Assembly (NCBI RefSeq): GCF_003018255.1
Contig: NZ_CP027440.1
Reading direction: 5' to 3' (one strand)
Origin: Escherichia coli
GTDB lineage: Bacteria; Pseudomonadota; Gammaproteobacteria; Enterobacterales; Enterobacteriaceae
DNA: 64,000 bases
A model generated the notes under the pieces. That model saw only the letters and a list, made by a program, of their open reading frames with translations, was not told the origin of the DNA and ran no database searches. Shown here piece by piece: positions 34,939 through 47,542 of the stretch (position 1 is the stretch's first letter; every line of letters starts with the position of its first letter). Made by a program: the position numbers and the translations under genes.

Positions 34939-35244
34939 ATGGCAACTTTGTTACAACTTCATTTTTCTTTCAATGGCCCATTTGGCGACGCAATGGCTGA
35001 GCAGCTTAAACCGCTTGCTGAGTCGATTAATCAGGAACCTGGTTTTCTGTGGAAGGTATGGACAGAAAGTGAAAAGAACCACGAAGCCGGTGGGATCTAC
35101 CTTTTTACTAATGAAAAAAGCGCCCTTGCCTATCTGGAAAAACATACTGCCCGACTGAAAAATCTCGGCGTTGAGGAAGTTGTCGCCAAAGTTTTCGATG
35201 TCAATGAGCCACTTAGTCAAATCAATCAGGCAAAACTCGCCTGA
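34939..35244 (+). CDS. ydhR: small monooxygenase-like protein
   Basis: 101 aa ORF with RBS AGAAGGAG; recognised as YdhR. Confidence 0.85.
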   Translation: MATLLQLHFSFNGPFGDAMAEQLKPLAESINQEPGFLWKVWTESEKNHEAGGIYLFTNEKSALAYLEKHTARLKNLGVEEVVAKVFDVNEPLSQINQAKLA

Positions 35245-35369
35245 CAGAATTTAATCAAGGGCGGTTAGCGCCCTTTTCATCCCTGTCTGAAATTTCTCAA
35301 ATTCTAAAAATCTCAACCAAACTTATCTGATAACACTAAATTCGAAAGAATGCGTACAGGTAAGTAACA

Positions 35370-36980
35370 ATGAAAAAAATTGCTATTGTGGGTGCCGGGC
35401 CTACGGGGATCTACACCTTATTCTCGCTTCTACAGCAACAAACTCCACTTTCTATTTCTATCTTCGAGCAGGCTGATGAAGCCGGTGTCGGGATGCCATA
35501 CAGTGATGAGGAAAACTCAAAAATGATGCTGGCAAATATTGCCAGTATTGAAATACCGCCGATTTATTGTACGTATCTCGAATGGCTACAAAAGCAAGAA
35601 GCCAGCCATCTCCAGCGTTATGGCGTTAAAAAAGAAACCTTGCACGATCGTCAGTTTTTACCGCGAATTCTGCTGGGCGAATATTTCCGCGATCAATTTT
35701 TACGATTAGTAGACCAGGCACGACAGCAAAAATTTGCAGTGGCTGTTTATGAATCATGCCAGGTTACCGATCTGCAAATTACAAATGCTGGCGTCATGCT
35801 CGCTACAAATCAGGATTTACCCAGCGAGACGTTTGATTTAGCGGTGATCGCCACGGGTCACGTCTGGCCTGATGAAGAAGAAGCAACCCGAACGTATTTT
35901 CCCAGCCCGTGGTCAGGCCTGATGGAAGCAAAGGTCGATGCGTGTAACGTGGGTATTATGGGAACATCCTTGAGCGGACTGGATGCGGCAATGGCAGTGG
36001 CTATTCAGCATGGTTCGTTCATTGAAGATGATAAACAACACGTCGTTTTTCACCGCGATAACGCAAGTGAAAAGCTAAATATTACGTTGATGTCGCGTAC
36101 GGGTATTTTACCCGAAGCCGATTTCTATTGCCCTATTCCCTACGAGCCCTTACACATCGTCACCGATCAAGCATTAAATGCTGAGATTCAAAAAGGCGAA
36201 GTGGGCCTTTTGGATCGGGTATTTAGATTGATAGTAGAGGAAATCAAATTTGCTGATCCAGACTGGAGCCAACGCATAGCCTTAGAAAGCCTGAATGTCG
36301 ATTCCTTTGCTCAAGCCTGGTTTGCCGAGCGCAAACAACGCGACCCATTCGACTGGGCAGAAAAAAATCTCCAGGAAGTCGAACGCAATAAACGAGAAAA
36401 ACATACTGTTCCCTGGCGTTATGTCATTCTGCGCCTGCATGAAGCCGTACAGGAAATTGTTCCTCATCTGAATGAACACGACCATAAACGGTTCAGTAAA
36501 GGCCTTGCCCGGGTTTTCATCGATAATTATGCGGCAATCCCTTCAGAGTCTATTCGTCGACTACTGGCCTTACGTGAAGCGGGAATCATTCATATTCTCG
36601 CCCTCGGTGAAGACTACGAAATGGAAATTAATGAGTCGCGCACCGTCCTGAAAACGGAAGACAATAGCTACTCGTTTGACGTTTTTATTGATGCCCGTGG
36701 GCAGCGTCCGCTTAAAGTGAAAGATATTCCTTTCCCTGGACTACGCGAACAATTACAGAAAACAGGGGATGAAATCCCTGATGTTGGCGAAGATTATACG
36801 CTACAGCAACCCGAAGAAATTCGTGGGCGCGTAGCGTTCGGCGCGTTGCCCTGGTTGATGCACGACCAGCCATTCGTACAGGGACTTACGGCATGTGCAG
36901 AAATTGGTGAGGCGATAGCTCAGGCGGTCGTAAAGCCTGCATCCCGTGCTCGTCGGCGTCTTTCGTTTAATCAAATGTAA
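35370..36980 (+). CDS. ydhS: FAD/NAD(P)-binding protein
   Basis: 536 aa ORF with N-terminal dinucleotide-binding fingerprint IAIVGAGPTG; recognised as YdhS; start may differ by a codon or two. Confidence 0.85.
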   Translation: MKKIAIVGAGPTGIYTLFSLLQQQTPLSISIFEQADEAGVGMPYSDEENSKMMLANIASIEIPPIYCTYLEWLQKQEASHLQRYGVKKETLHDRQFLPRILLGEYFRDQFLRLVDQARQQKFAVAVYESCQVTDLQITNAGVMLATNQDLPSETFDLAVIATGHVWPDEEEATRTYFPSPWSGLMEAKVDACNVGIMGTSLSGLDAAMAVAIQHGSFIEDDKQHVVFHRDNASEKLNITLMSRTGILPEADFYCPIPYEPLHIVTDQALNAEIQKGEVGLLDRVFRLIVEEIKFADPDWSQRIALESLNVDSFAQAWFAERKQRDPFDWAEKNLQEVERNKREKHTVPWRYVILRLHEAVQEIVPHLNEHDHKRFSKGLARVFIDNYAAIPSESIRRLLALREAGIIHILALGEDYEMEINESRTVLKTEDNSYSFDVFIDARGQRPLKVKDIPFPGLREQLQKTGDEIPDVGEDYTLQQPEEIRGRVAFGALPWLMHDQPFVQGLTACAEIGEAIAQAVVKPASRARRRLSFNQM

Positions 36981-36985
36981 AGCTA

Positions 36986-37798
36986 TCAGCACTCAACAAA
37001 CTGATGCTGTTCATTAAGGCGATAGCGGACTCCGGCTCGAATATTGTTTTCACCTTCAATGGCGACGGCGAAGCGAACTCTTTCGCCGTCATGATATGCC
37101 AGTGCGGCGCTTCCCCCTGGCCCGAGAATAATTGAGTCGACCACGCCCGTGCTCACTATTGTTGAATCTTCACCGCTGGCAATGATGTGTACATTGTCGC
37201 CGCTGTTGGCAATTCTGGCGTTTGCGCCAAAGCTGGCGATTTGCACCAGGTCACCATTACTGGCGACATGACATCGTTCACCCAATGTACAAACGCGTAC
37301 TCGCATTCCGGTATTCGCAATCCGACTGCTATCTCCAGCGCTGCTTATCCGCGAAGAATTACCGGTTACAGCAACCCGTGCGCGTTCACCGGAGCTGCCA
37401 ATGTGACTGTTAAAGCCGACACTTCCAATCCGCACGCTATAACCCATACTGGCAATTTGCGCGGCATACCCAGCGGTTGCGATTCTGGCATTATCCTCAC
37501 AACAGCCGATGCGAGCATGATCGTCGCTGCGGGCAAACTGACTGCAAAATGCTCTCTCTCCGGGATCTGTGGCCAGTTTTTGCATAGAAGAAACTTCCTG
37601 ATGCGCGAAGTTTTCATCCGCCAGCCATTTTTTCCACGCATACTCAACCAGACTCTCCGCCCAGTCCGTATATCCTTCCTCAATCAGTGCATGATGAATA
37701 TCGGCATAACTACCGCCGCGTGGGAAATGGCGCAGAAACCAGCGATACATCACCGCTCCGATACGCCATTCTCGCAGGTCTGCTCGTGTAATGATCAT
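36986..37798 (-). CDS. ydhT: beta-solenoid-like nonapeptide-repeat protein, last gene of ydhYVWXUT
   Basis: 270 aa ORF; residues 93-227 form 15 consecutive 9-residue repeats (e.g. DNARIATAG, NSSRISSAG, DSSRIANTG, ANARIANSG); recognised as YdhT. Confidence 0.85.
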   Translation of the reverse strand: MIITRADLREWRIGAVMYRWFLRHFPRGGSYADIHHALIEEGYTDWAESLVEYAWKKWLADENFAHQEVSSMQKLATDPGERAFCSQFARSDDHARIGCCEDNARIATAGYAAQIASMGYSVRIGSVGFNSHIGSSGERARVAVTGNSSRISSAGDSSRIANTGMRVRVCTLGERCHVASNGDLVQIASFGANARIANSGDNVHIIASGEDSTIVSTGVVDSIILGPGGSAALAYHDGERVRFAVAIEGENNIRAGVRYRLNEQHQFVEC

Positions 37799-37801
37799 TC
37801 G

Positions 37802-38587
37802 TTAGTGCCGGTGATAGCCATCGACCATGCTTTTAAAGGTTTCGTGTGGCGTACGCCCCGTGGTGCAAAGATAAAGATGACCGAAGATAAAAAAGAGGCT
37901 TATAAATGCCAGAGCAAAATGCGCCTGCAATAACCAGTATCTTACGCCAGGAAACATATCTCCCACGGCTTGCGGATAGAGACACAGCAGCCCCGTCAAT
38001 AGTAACAATGGCAGCAATCCATACATGACACCAACATAGGCGACCTGCTGTAAGGGATTAAATTTAGACTGGGTTGTTGCCGGGAAAGGATGTTCTTCCC
38101 CCTGCATAATGCCAAACAAATAGAATCGCGTTTGTTTTGCCGCTCGCTCCAGCCCCCCCTGACGACGAATGCGATAGTGGTGACCATTACCCCCAACGGC
38201 ATTGATCAGAACAAAGCCGAGCCAGCATGCCAGTAACAAAAATCCGCAAACTTCATGCACCGCAACCAGACTTTTAACCGTAGTTGCGCCCACCAGCGCA
38301 AAGTGATTTATCAGCCCACTTGCCAGCAACAATACAAAGAGTAACGCATTCGACCAGTGCCATAATCTGACCGCTTTGCTGTAAAGATAAACCTTCTCAC
38401 CATGGTCGTTGGCTGATTTCTTCACGCCACGAGCACGAAGCAAGGCATGCAGCCCCAGCACCAACCACATCCCTACCAGCAATAGTCCGGCAATGATCAA
38501 CCACACCGGCCAAAATTGGGGAGTGAACAGTGGCACATAGTTCGCCAACTGGCTCTGAAACTGTTCAGCATGTTGCGACGGGTTCAT
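37802..38587 (-). CDS. ydhU: PhsC-like cytochrome b-type membrane subunit
   Basis: 261 aa multi-TM ORF with conserved His residues; 3 bp from ydhT and 4 bp overlap with ydhX; recognised as YdhU. Confidence 0.85.
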   Translation of the reverse strand: MNPSQHAEQFQSQLANYVPLFTPQFWPVWLIIAGLLLVGMWLVLGLHALLRARGVKKSANDHGEKVYLYSKAVRLWHWSNALLFVLLLASGLINHFALVGATTVKSLVAVHEVCGFLLLACWLGFVLINAVGGNGHHYRIRRQGGLERAAKQTRFYLFGIMQGEEHPFPATTQSKFNPLQQVAYVGVMYGLLPLLLLTGLLCLYPQAVGDMFPGVRYWLLQAHFALAFISLFFIFGHLYLCTTGRTPHETFKSMVDGYHRH

Positions 38588-39252
38588 ACATTTTCCTTTT
38601 TAATCAAATGTTGACCGAACCGGCGATACAGGTGCGGTTTCCCGGCACCAGGTAGCTGATATTGATAGTATTTATTTTCCTGCAACCACGCCTGAATTTC
38701 TGGGCTATCTTCGCGACCAAAGATCAATGCGTGTTCCGGACAGGCGCTGACGCAAATGGGCGGAAAGCCTTTTGCCAGTCGGGACTCAGCGCAGAAATCA
38801 CATTTATCTGCCACTTTAGTGACAGGGTTAAGGTAGCGAACCTGGTAAGGACAAGCGCCAATGCAATAACTGCAGCCGATGCACTGCGATTTTTCTACCC
38901 GCACGATCCCCTGCTCATCACGCCACGACGCCCCTGTCGGGCAAACGTCGATGCAAGGAGCATCTTCACAGTGCTGGCATGACTGGCGAAAAAAGTGATA
39001 CTGCGTTTCGTTGTCGTTATCGGTGACTGGAATGTGTGCTATCGATAAACGGCTTCCCTGAGCGGGGACGTGGTTAGTTTTACGGCATGCGCGGGCGCAA
39101 ATATTACAGCCATTGCACCGTGACTCGTCATGAATCATGGCATACCGAACTTTCTTTTCTTGCATCGTGTTCGCTAACAGAGAAGACGCAGAACCAGTAA
39201 AAAAGATTACTGTTCCCATCCCCAGAACAAATTTGCGTCGAGTGAAGGACAT
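38584..39252 (-). CDS. ydhX: Tat-exported 4Fe-4S ferredoxin-type subunit
   Basis: ORF track 239 aa; internal start MSFTRRKFVLGMG... (twin-arginine motif) gives 222 aa; four Cys-cluster motifs including CQHCEDAPCIDVCP and CIGCSYCIGACP. Confidence 0.85.
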   Translation of the reverse strand: MSFTRRKFVLGMGTVIFFTGSASSLLANTMQEKKVRYAMIHDESRCNGCNICARACRKTNHVPAQGSRLSIAHIPVTDNDNETQYHFFRQSCQHCEDAPCIDVCPTGASWRDEQGIVRVEKSQCIGCSYCIGACPYQVRYLNPVTKVADKCDFCAESRLAKGFPPICVSACPEHALIFGREDSPEIQAWLQENKYYQYQLPGAGKPHLYRRFGQHLIKKENV

Positions 39253-39315
39253 CTGATTATCCCCTAATGCAGTGGCTGCTACTGTCCACCCTATCCATGA
39301 CATCTCCCTGAAATT

Positions 39316-39963
39316 TCAGGGGTTCTGAAACTGCTCTACCTCGAACCATTCGCATAAGCCATACGCCTTGCCATAGGTCATAAATCGCTCGCTAAACAAG
39401 TACAACACCGCCGTCGATGACTCCACCTGCCGTATATCAGCATATTCAGGTGCAATATCCATCGCGGCGATCGCGGCTTCGATCTGCGCTTCCTGGAAGT
39501 AATATGGCGCTTGCATCAGCATGGCGACTTTGTAAGGACGAGGATACGTCTGGCACTCAAAACGAACGGCGTGTGCAATGGCGCGACAAATGTCCTGCTC
39601 CACAACTTGCAAAGACATCGCCGCGTAGTTTTCACTCATGGCCTGCGTTGAGTAATAGTAATCATCCTGGCTTCCCGTCATACACGCGATATCCGCGTGG
39701 TCTCCGTTCTGCTTAATGTTTTCCAGCAAAACTGACAGTTCCTCTTCTGCAACCGAATAGGGCGGCGAGAGAAACACGGCGCGCGCCACCAGCTGCCCAG
39801 CCGCAGAATGCTGACGAATGAACTCTGCCAGGATTTCAGCAGGTTCTGGTTCGGTTACCGTATCAACGGGGTGACGCATCCCCTGCAACCATTGCCGCTT
39901 CGCCTCATCAACTTCGCTGACTTTCGCTAACGGCAATTCATCCTGATGGTTCATCTCACCCAT
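39316..39963 (-). CDS. ydhW: uncharacterised protein of the ydh oxidoreductase operon
   Basis: 215 aa acidic ORF between ydhV and ydhX; recognised as YdhW; no catalytic motif seen. Confidence 0.8.
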   Translation of the reverse strand: MGEMNHQDELPLAKVSEVDEAKRQWLQGMRHPVDTVTEPEPAEILAEFIRQHSAAGQLVARAVFLSPPYSVAEEELSVLLENIKQNGDHADIACMTGSQDDYYYSTQAMSENYAAMSLQVVEQDICRAIAHAVRFECQTYPRPYKVAMLMQAPYYFQEAQIEAAIAAMDIAPEYADIRQVESSTAVLYLFSERFMTYGKAYGLCEWFEVEQFQNP

Positions 39964-39966
39964 TCC

Positions 39967-42716
<2,750 letters not shown>

Positions 42717-42917
42717 TTATTTCGCATCCTCTTCGCAAACACAGTGCTGACAATTCAGCAGCCTGATATTAGGCACTCAACTAATACGCTGCTGACTCTG
42801 TCCTCAACACCAGATATTTTCCCTAACCCAATAGTGTATGAGAAAAGATTTAACGCTGATAAACTAATCCTTTATGGTTAGGAGAAAAAATAATGTGATT
42901 ATTCTGGGCTCTTAACA

Positions 42918-42931
42918 TTGATCGTTATCAA
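42918..42931 (-). promoter_or_regulatory. FNR (CRP/FNR-family) binding site upstream of ydhY
   Basis: Perfect match TTGAT-CGTT-ATCAA to the FNR consensus TTGAT-N4-ATCAA, about 200 bp upstream of the ydhY start in an AT-rich region. Confidence 0.7.
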
Positions 42932-43171
42932 TTAAAATCACAAAGCAAGAAATTATAAGTGAACTGATATTTATTATCATTTGAAATAAATTTAACTTAA
43001 CCGACAATTATTTGTGAAGTTCATCGCAGAAAATAAAAATAACTTTATCGCTATAAATTAAAATACACACCGAAATTCGTATAATTTCAGCAGTTGTTAT
43101 TTAGAATGATTAACTGGACCGCAACTGAAGCAAGAATATCAGGATGAAGCTTACCGCCTCATCCTGAATGG

Positions 43172-43381
43172 TCATTTTACCAGTGCGTTAATGACGGTTT
43201 CCATCGCCTGCTTTTCCAGCTCACTGCGCTGAATGCGTTTATTGGCTAATGCTGTACGTAATACGCCTGCGATAACAATATGCTTTGGTTCCTGCCCCAG
43301 ATCGCGCATTTCCAGCACAACTTTACCGACAACTCTGCACATTTCTCGGTACAGTTCATCCTCTTTTGTCCGATTTCCCAT
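43172..43381 (-). CDS. fumD: small fumarase D (formerly ydhZ)
   Basis: 69 aa ORF MGNRTKEDELYREMCRVVGKVVLEMRDLGQEPKH...; recognised as YdhZ/FumD. Confidence 0.85.
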   Translation of the reverse strand: MGNRTKEDELYREMCRVVGKVVLEMRDLGQEPKHIVIAGVLRTALANKRIQRSELEKQAMETVINALVK

Positions 43382-43716
43382 TCTTTATACCTATTTATCA
43401 TGCCAACTATCAGCATATATCAATCTAACCAATTAAACAAAAATCAAACAAAATCAGACAAATAACGCGATAAATTATTTTAACTGTAGCAATTGAGCGA
43501 TGATGTATTTATACACCGGATGAACTTTCACTTATCTTCACAGTGACAACCCCGGCACCAGACGTTGCGCAAACAGCGAAGTTTTTGCGTAACCTTTTCC
43601 CTGGAACGTTAAATCTTTGATAACAATTTATTGTCTAACAAGTTGTATATTTTTTGAAACGCTGTTTTTGTTTTCCTTTTGGATTAATTTCAGCGTATAA
43701 TGCGCGCCAATTGACT

Positions 43717-43732
43717 CTTGAATGGTTTCAGC
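43717..43732. promoter_or_regulatory. candidate Cra (FruR) operator upstream of pykF
   Basis: CTTGAATGGTTTCAGC; reverse complement GCTGAAACCATTCAAG matches the Cra half-site GCTGAAAC; pykF is a known Cra-repressed gene. Confidence 0.5.
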
Positions 43733-43937
43733 ACTTTGGACTGTAGAACTCAACGACTCAAAAACAGGCACTCACGTTGGGCTGAGACACAAGCACACAT
43801 TCCTCTGCACGCTTTTTCGATGTCACCTATCCTTAGAGCGAGGCACCACCACTTTCGTAATACCGGATTCGCTTTCCGGCAGTGCGCCCAGAAAGCAAGT
43901 TTCTCCCATCCTTCTCAACTTAAAGACTAAGACTGTC

Positions 43938-45350
43938 ATGAAAAAGACCAAAATTGTTTGCACCATCGGACCGAAAACCGAATCTGAAGAGATGTTAGCT
44001 AAAATGCTGGACGCTGGCATGAACGTTATGCGTCTGAACTTCTCTCATGGTGACTATGCAGAACACGGTCAGCGCATTCAGAATCTGCGCAACGTGATGA
44101 GCAAAACTGGTAAAACCGCCGCTATCCTGCTTGATACCAAAGGTCCGGAAATCCGCACCATGAAACTGGAAGGCGGTAACGACGTTTCTCTGAAAGCGGG
44201 TCAGACCTTTACTTTCACCACTGATAAATCTGTTATCGGCAACAGCGAAATGGTTGCGGTAACGTATGAAGGTTTCACTACTGACCTGTCTGTTGGCAAC
44301 ACCGTACTGGTTGACGATGGTCTCATCGGTATGGAAGTTACCGCCATTGAAGGTAACAAAGTTATCTGTAAAGTGCTGAACAACGGCGACCTGGGTGAAA
44401 ACAAAGGTGTGAACCTGCCTGGCGTTTCCATTGCCCTGCCAGCACTGGCTGAAAAAGACAAACAGGACCTGATCTTTGGTTGCGAACAAGGCGTAGACTT
44501 TGTTGCTGCTTCCTTTATTCGTAAGCGTTCTGACGTTATCGAAATCCGTGAGCACCTGAAAGCGCACGGCGGCGAAAACATCCACATCATCTCCAAAATC
44601 GAAAACCAGGAAGGCCTCAACAACTTCGACGAAATCCTCGAAGCCTCTGACGGCATCATGGTTGCGCGTGGCGACCTGGGTGTAGAAATCCCGGTAGAAG
44701 AAGTTATCTTCGCCCAGAAGATGATGATCGAAAAATGTATCCGTGCACGTAAAGTCGTTATCACTGCGACCCAGATGCTGGATTCCATGATTAAAAACCC
44801 ACGCCCGACTCGCGCAGAAGCCGGTGACGTTGCAAACGCCATCCTCGACGGTACTGACGCAGTGATGCTGTCTGGTGAATCCGCAAAAGGTAAATACCCG
44901 CTGGAAGCGGTTTCTATCATGGCGACCATCTGCGAACGTACCGACCGCGTGATGAACAGCCGTCTCGAGTTCAACAATGACAACCGTAAACTGCGCATTA
45001 CCGAAGCGGTATGCCGTGGTGCCGTTGAAACTGCTGAAAAACTGGATGCCCCGCTGATCGTGGTTGCTACCCAGGGCGGTAAATCTGCTCGCGCAGTACG
45101 TAAATACTTCCCGGATGCCACCATCCTGGCACTGACCACCAACGAAAAAACGGCTCATCAGTTGGTACTGAGCAAAGGCGTTGTGCCGCAGCTGGTTAAA
45201 GAGATCACTTCTACTGATGATTTCTACCGTCTGGGTAAAGAACTGGCTCTGCAGAGCGGTCTGGCACACAAAGGTGACGTCGTAGTTATGGTTTCTGGTG
45301 CACTGGTACCGAGCGGCACTACTAACACCGCATCTGTTCACGTCCTGTAA
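43938..45350 (+). CDS. pykF: pyruvate kinase I
   Basis: ORF track is 542 aa in-frame from 43722; true start is the internal ATG giving 470 aa [40 protein letters not shown]. Confidence 0.95.
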
Positions 45351-45381
45351 TATTGCTTTTGTGAATTAATTTGTATATCGA

Positions 45382-45410
45382 AGCGCCCTGATGGGCGCTT
45401 TTTTTATTTA
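45382..45410 (+). terminator. intrinsic terminator of pykF
   Basis: AGCGCCC-TGAT-GGGCGCT hairpin followed by TTTTTTTATTT. Confidence 0.85.
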
Positions 45411-45586
45411 ATCGATAACCAGAAGCAATAAAAAATCAAATCGGATTTCACTATATAATCTCACTTTATCTAAGATGAATCCGATGGAAGCATCCTGTTT
45501 TCTCTCAATTTTTTTATCTAAAACCCAGCGTTCGATGCTTCTTTGAGCGAACGATCAAAAATAAGTGCCTTCCCATCAAAAAAATA

Positions 45587-45616
45587 TTCTCAACATAAAA
45601 AACTTTGTGTAATACT
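45587..45616 (+). promoter_or_regulatory. lpp promoter
   Basis: TTCTCA -35, 17 bp spacer, TAATAC(T) -10, preceded by an A-tract; leaves a leader of about 38 nt before the lpp ATG. Confidence 0.7.
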
Positions 45617-45648
45617 TGTAACGCTACATGGAGATTAACTCAATCTAG

Positions 45649-45897
<249 letters not shown>

Positions 45898-45914
45898 TAG
45901 TACCTGTGAAGTGA

Positions 45915-45945
45915 AAAATGGCGCACATTGTGCGCCATTTTTTTT
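45915..45945 (+). terminator. intrinsic terminator of lpp
   Basis: AATGGCGCACA-TTG-TGCGCCATT hairpin followed by a T-run of 8. Confidence 0.85.
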
Positions 45946-45960
45946 GCCTGCCATTTACCG

Positions 45961-46965
45961 CTACTGCGTCGCGCGTAACATATTCCCTTGCTCTGGTTCA
46001 CCATTCTGCGCTGACTCTACTGAAGGCGCATTGCTGGCTGCGGGAGTTGCTCCACTGCTCACCGCAACCGGATACCCTGCCCGACGATACAACGCTTTAT
46101 CGACTAATTTCTGATCTACACCCTTATTGTCTTTAAATTGCGTAAAGCCTGCTGGCAGTGTGTATGGCATTGTCTGAACGTTCTGCTGTTCTTCTGCCGA
46201 TAGTGGTCGATGTACTTCAACATAACGCATCCCGTTAGGCTCCACGGAATATTTCACCGGTTCGTTGATCACTTTCACCGGCGTTCCCGTCCGCACGCTG
46301 GAGAATAAGGCTTTAATATCCGGTGCATTCATGCGAATACACCCTGAACTGACGCGCAAACCGACGCTGTCCGGCGCACTGGTGCCGTGAATGAGGTATT
46401 CGCCATTACCATGCGCGAGGCGCAGTGCGTAACGTCCTAGTGGGTTATTGGGCCCGGCAGGAACGACTGGTGGTAATTTAATGCCACGTTCCAGCGAACG
46501 TTGACGAATGCCCGCCGTAGGCGTCCAGGTTGGGTTAGGGATTTTCTGCCCCACACGCGTTTCCATCACCGGCGTTTCCAGCCCCTGCAAACCAATACCT
46601 ATCGGATAAACCTGCACGATATTTTCTCCCGGCGGATAATTATAAAGGCGCAGCTCTGCAAGGTTTACAATAATCCCCTGACGCGGCGCATCAGGTAATA
46701 ATAGTTGTGAAGGAATAGTTATCGTCGTACCGGGTTTTGGCACCGGGGCGATAGTGTTATTGGCTTCAAGGATCAACATTGCCGCAGTATCAAAACGTCG
46801 GGCGATGGCCTGAAGGTTTTTATCCCCTTCTTGCACCGTATACGTTTGATTTTGCCCAACCAGTCGACTGCCGGTTGGTGGTAGCGGATAATCAACCGCC
46901 CAGGCAGCCTGGATGGCGCTAAAAGCGCCGATAAGCGTGAGTGTAAGCAAAGACGCGCATTTCAT
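45961..46965 (-). CDS. ldtE: L,D-transpeptidase (LysM + YkuD domains)
   Basis: 334 aa ORF with signal peptide [23 protein letters not shown]; recognised as YnhG/LdtE. Confidence 0.9.
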   Translation of the reverse strand: MKCASLLTLTLIGAFSAIQAAWAVDYPLPPTGSRLVGQNQTYTVQEGDKNLQAIARRFDTAAMLILEANNTIAPVPKPGTTITIPSQLLLPDAPRQGIIVNLAELRLYNYPPGENIVQVYPIGIGLQGLETPVMETRVGQKIPNPTWTPTAGIRQRSLERGIKLPPVVPAGPNNPLGRYALRLAHGNGEYLIHGTSAPDSVGLRVSSGCIRMNAPDIKALFSSVRTGTPVKVINEPVKYSVEPNGMRYVEVHRPLSAEEQQNVQTMPYTLPAGFTQFKDNKGVDQKLVDKALYRRAGYPVAVSSGATPAASNAPSVESAQNGEPEQGNMLRATQ

Positions 46966-47113
46966 TGTAAACCTCCTGTATTTGCCGGAGACTCACGCTG
47001 AAACGTCGGATGGCGCTTATGTTCACCTGAAACCAAAACACTCCTGTGCAGGCCAGTGTAAACATTGACCACCCGGCAATGTGAGCCAACCGGATGAAAG
47101 CTGTCCCTTTAGT

Positions 47114-47530
47114 TTAGCTAAGTGCAGCGGCTTTGGCGCGAATTGCGCGAATCATCGCTTCCAGACCTTGTGAGCGTGATGGGGTGAGATGTTGGGTGAG
47201 CGCCATTTTTTCAAACCACGGGCGCACATCGAAATTGACAATATCCTGCGGCGTCATTTGATCGTAAAGAATAAAGACGACCGCAATAAGCCCTTTTACA
47301 ATGGCCGCATCGCTGTCGCCCTGTAATTCAATAATTCCCTGCGCATTTTGACGCATCACAATCCACACCTGACTCTGGCAGCCCTGGATGCTATTTTGCG
47401 GGCTTTTGTCTTCGTCACGTAATTCTGGCAGACGCTGACCCAACTCAATAATGTAGAGATATTTCTCTTCCCAGTTGGCGCAGCGTAAAAAATTACGCAG
47501 CAATTTTTCTTTATCCGGCAATAAAGCCAT
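47114..47530 (-). CDS. sufE: sulfur acceptor protein SufE
   Basis: 138 aa [34 protein letters not shown]...; last gene of sufABCDSE. Confidence 0.94.
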
Positions 47531-47542
47531 AGTGCCTCCCTG

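Noticed and set aside
43382-43700. Searched the fumD upstream region for a second FNR box.
   Set aside because: Only partial half-site matches (e.g. TTGAGCGATGATGT); nothing close enough to TTGAT-N4-ATCAA to call.
43722-43937. In-frame N-terminal extension of pykF (ORF track 542 aa).
   Set aside because: The extension translates non-coding leader; the established start is the ATG at 43938 (MKKTKIVCT...), and the upstream region contains promoter-like elements.
43995-45341. 448 aa stop-free ORF on the minus strand, fully antisense to pykF (and a second 313 aa antisense frame at 44201-45142).
   Set aside because: Expected artefact of strong codon bias in a highly expressed gene, since reverse complements of stop codons are rare sense codons; the translation is low-complexity and has no RBS or recognisable domain.
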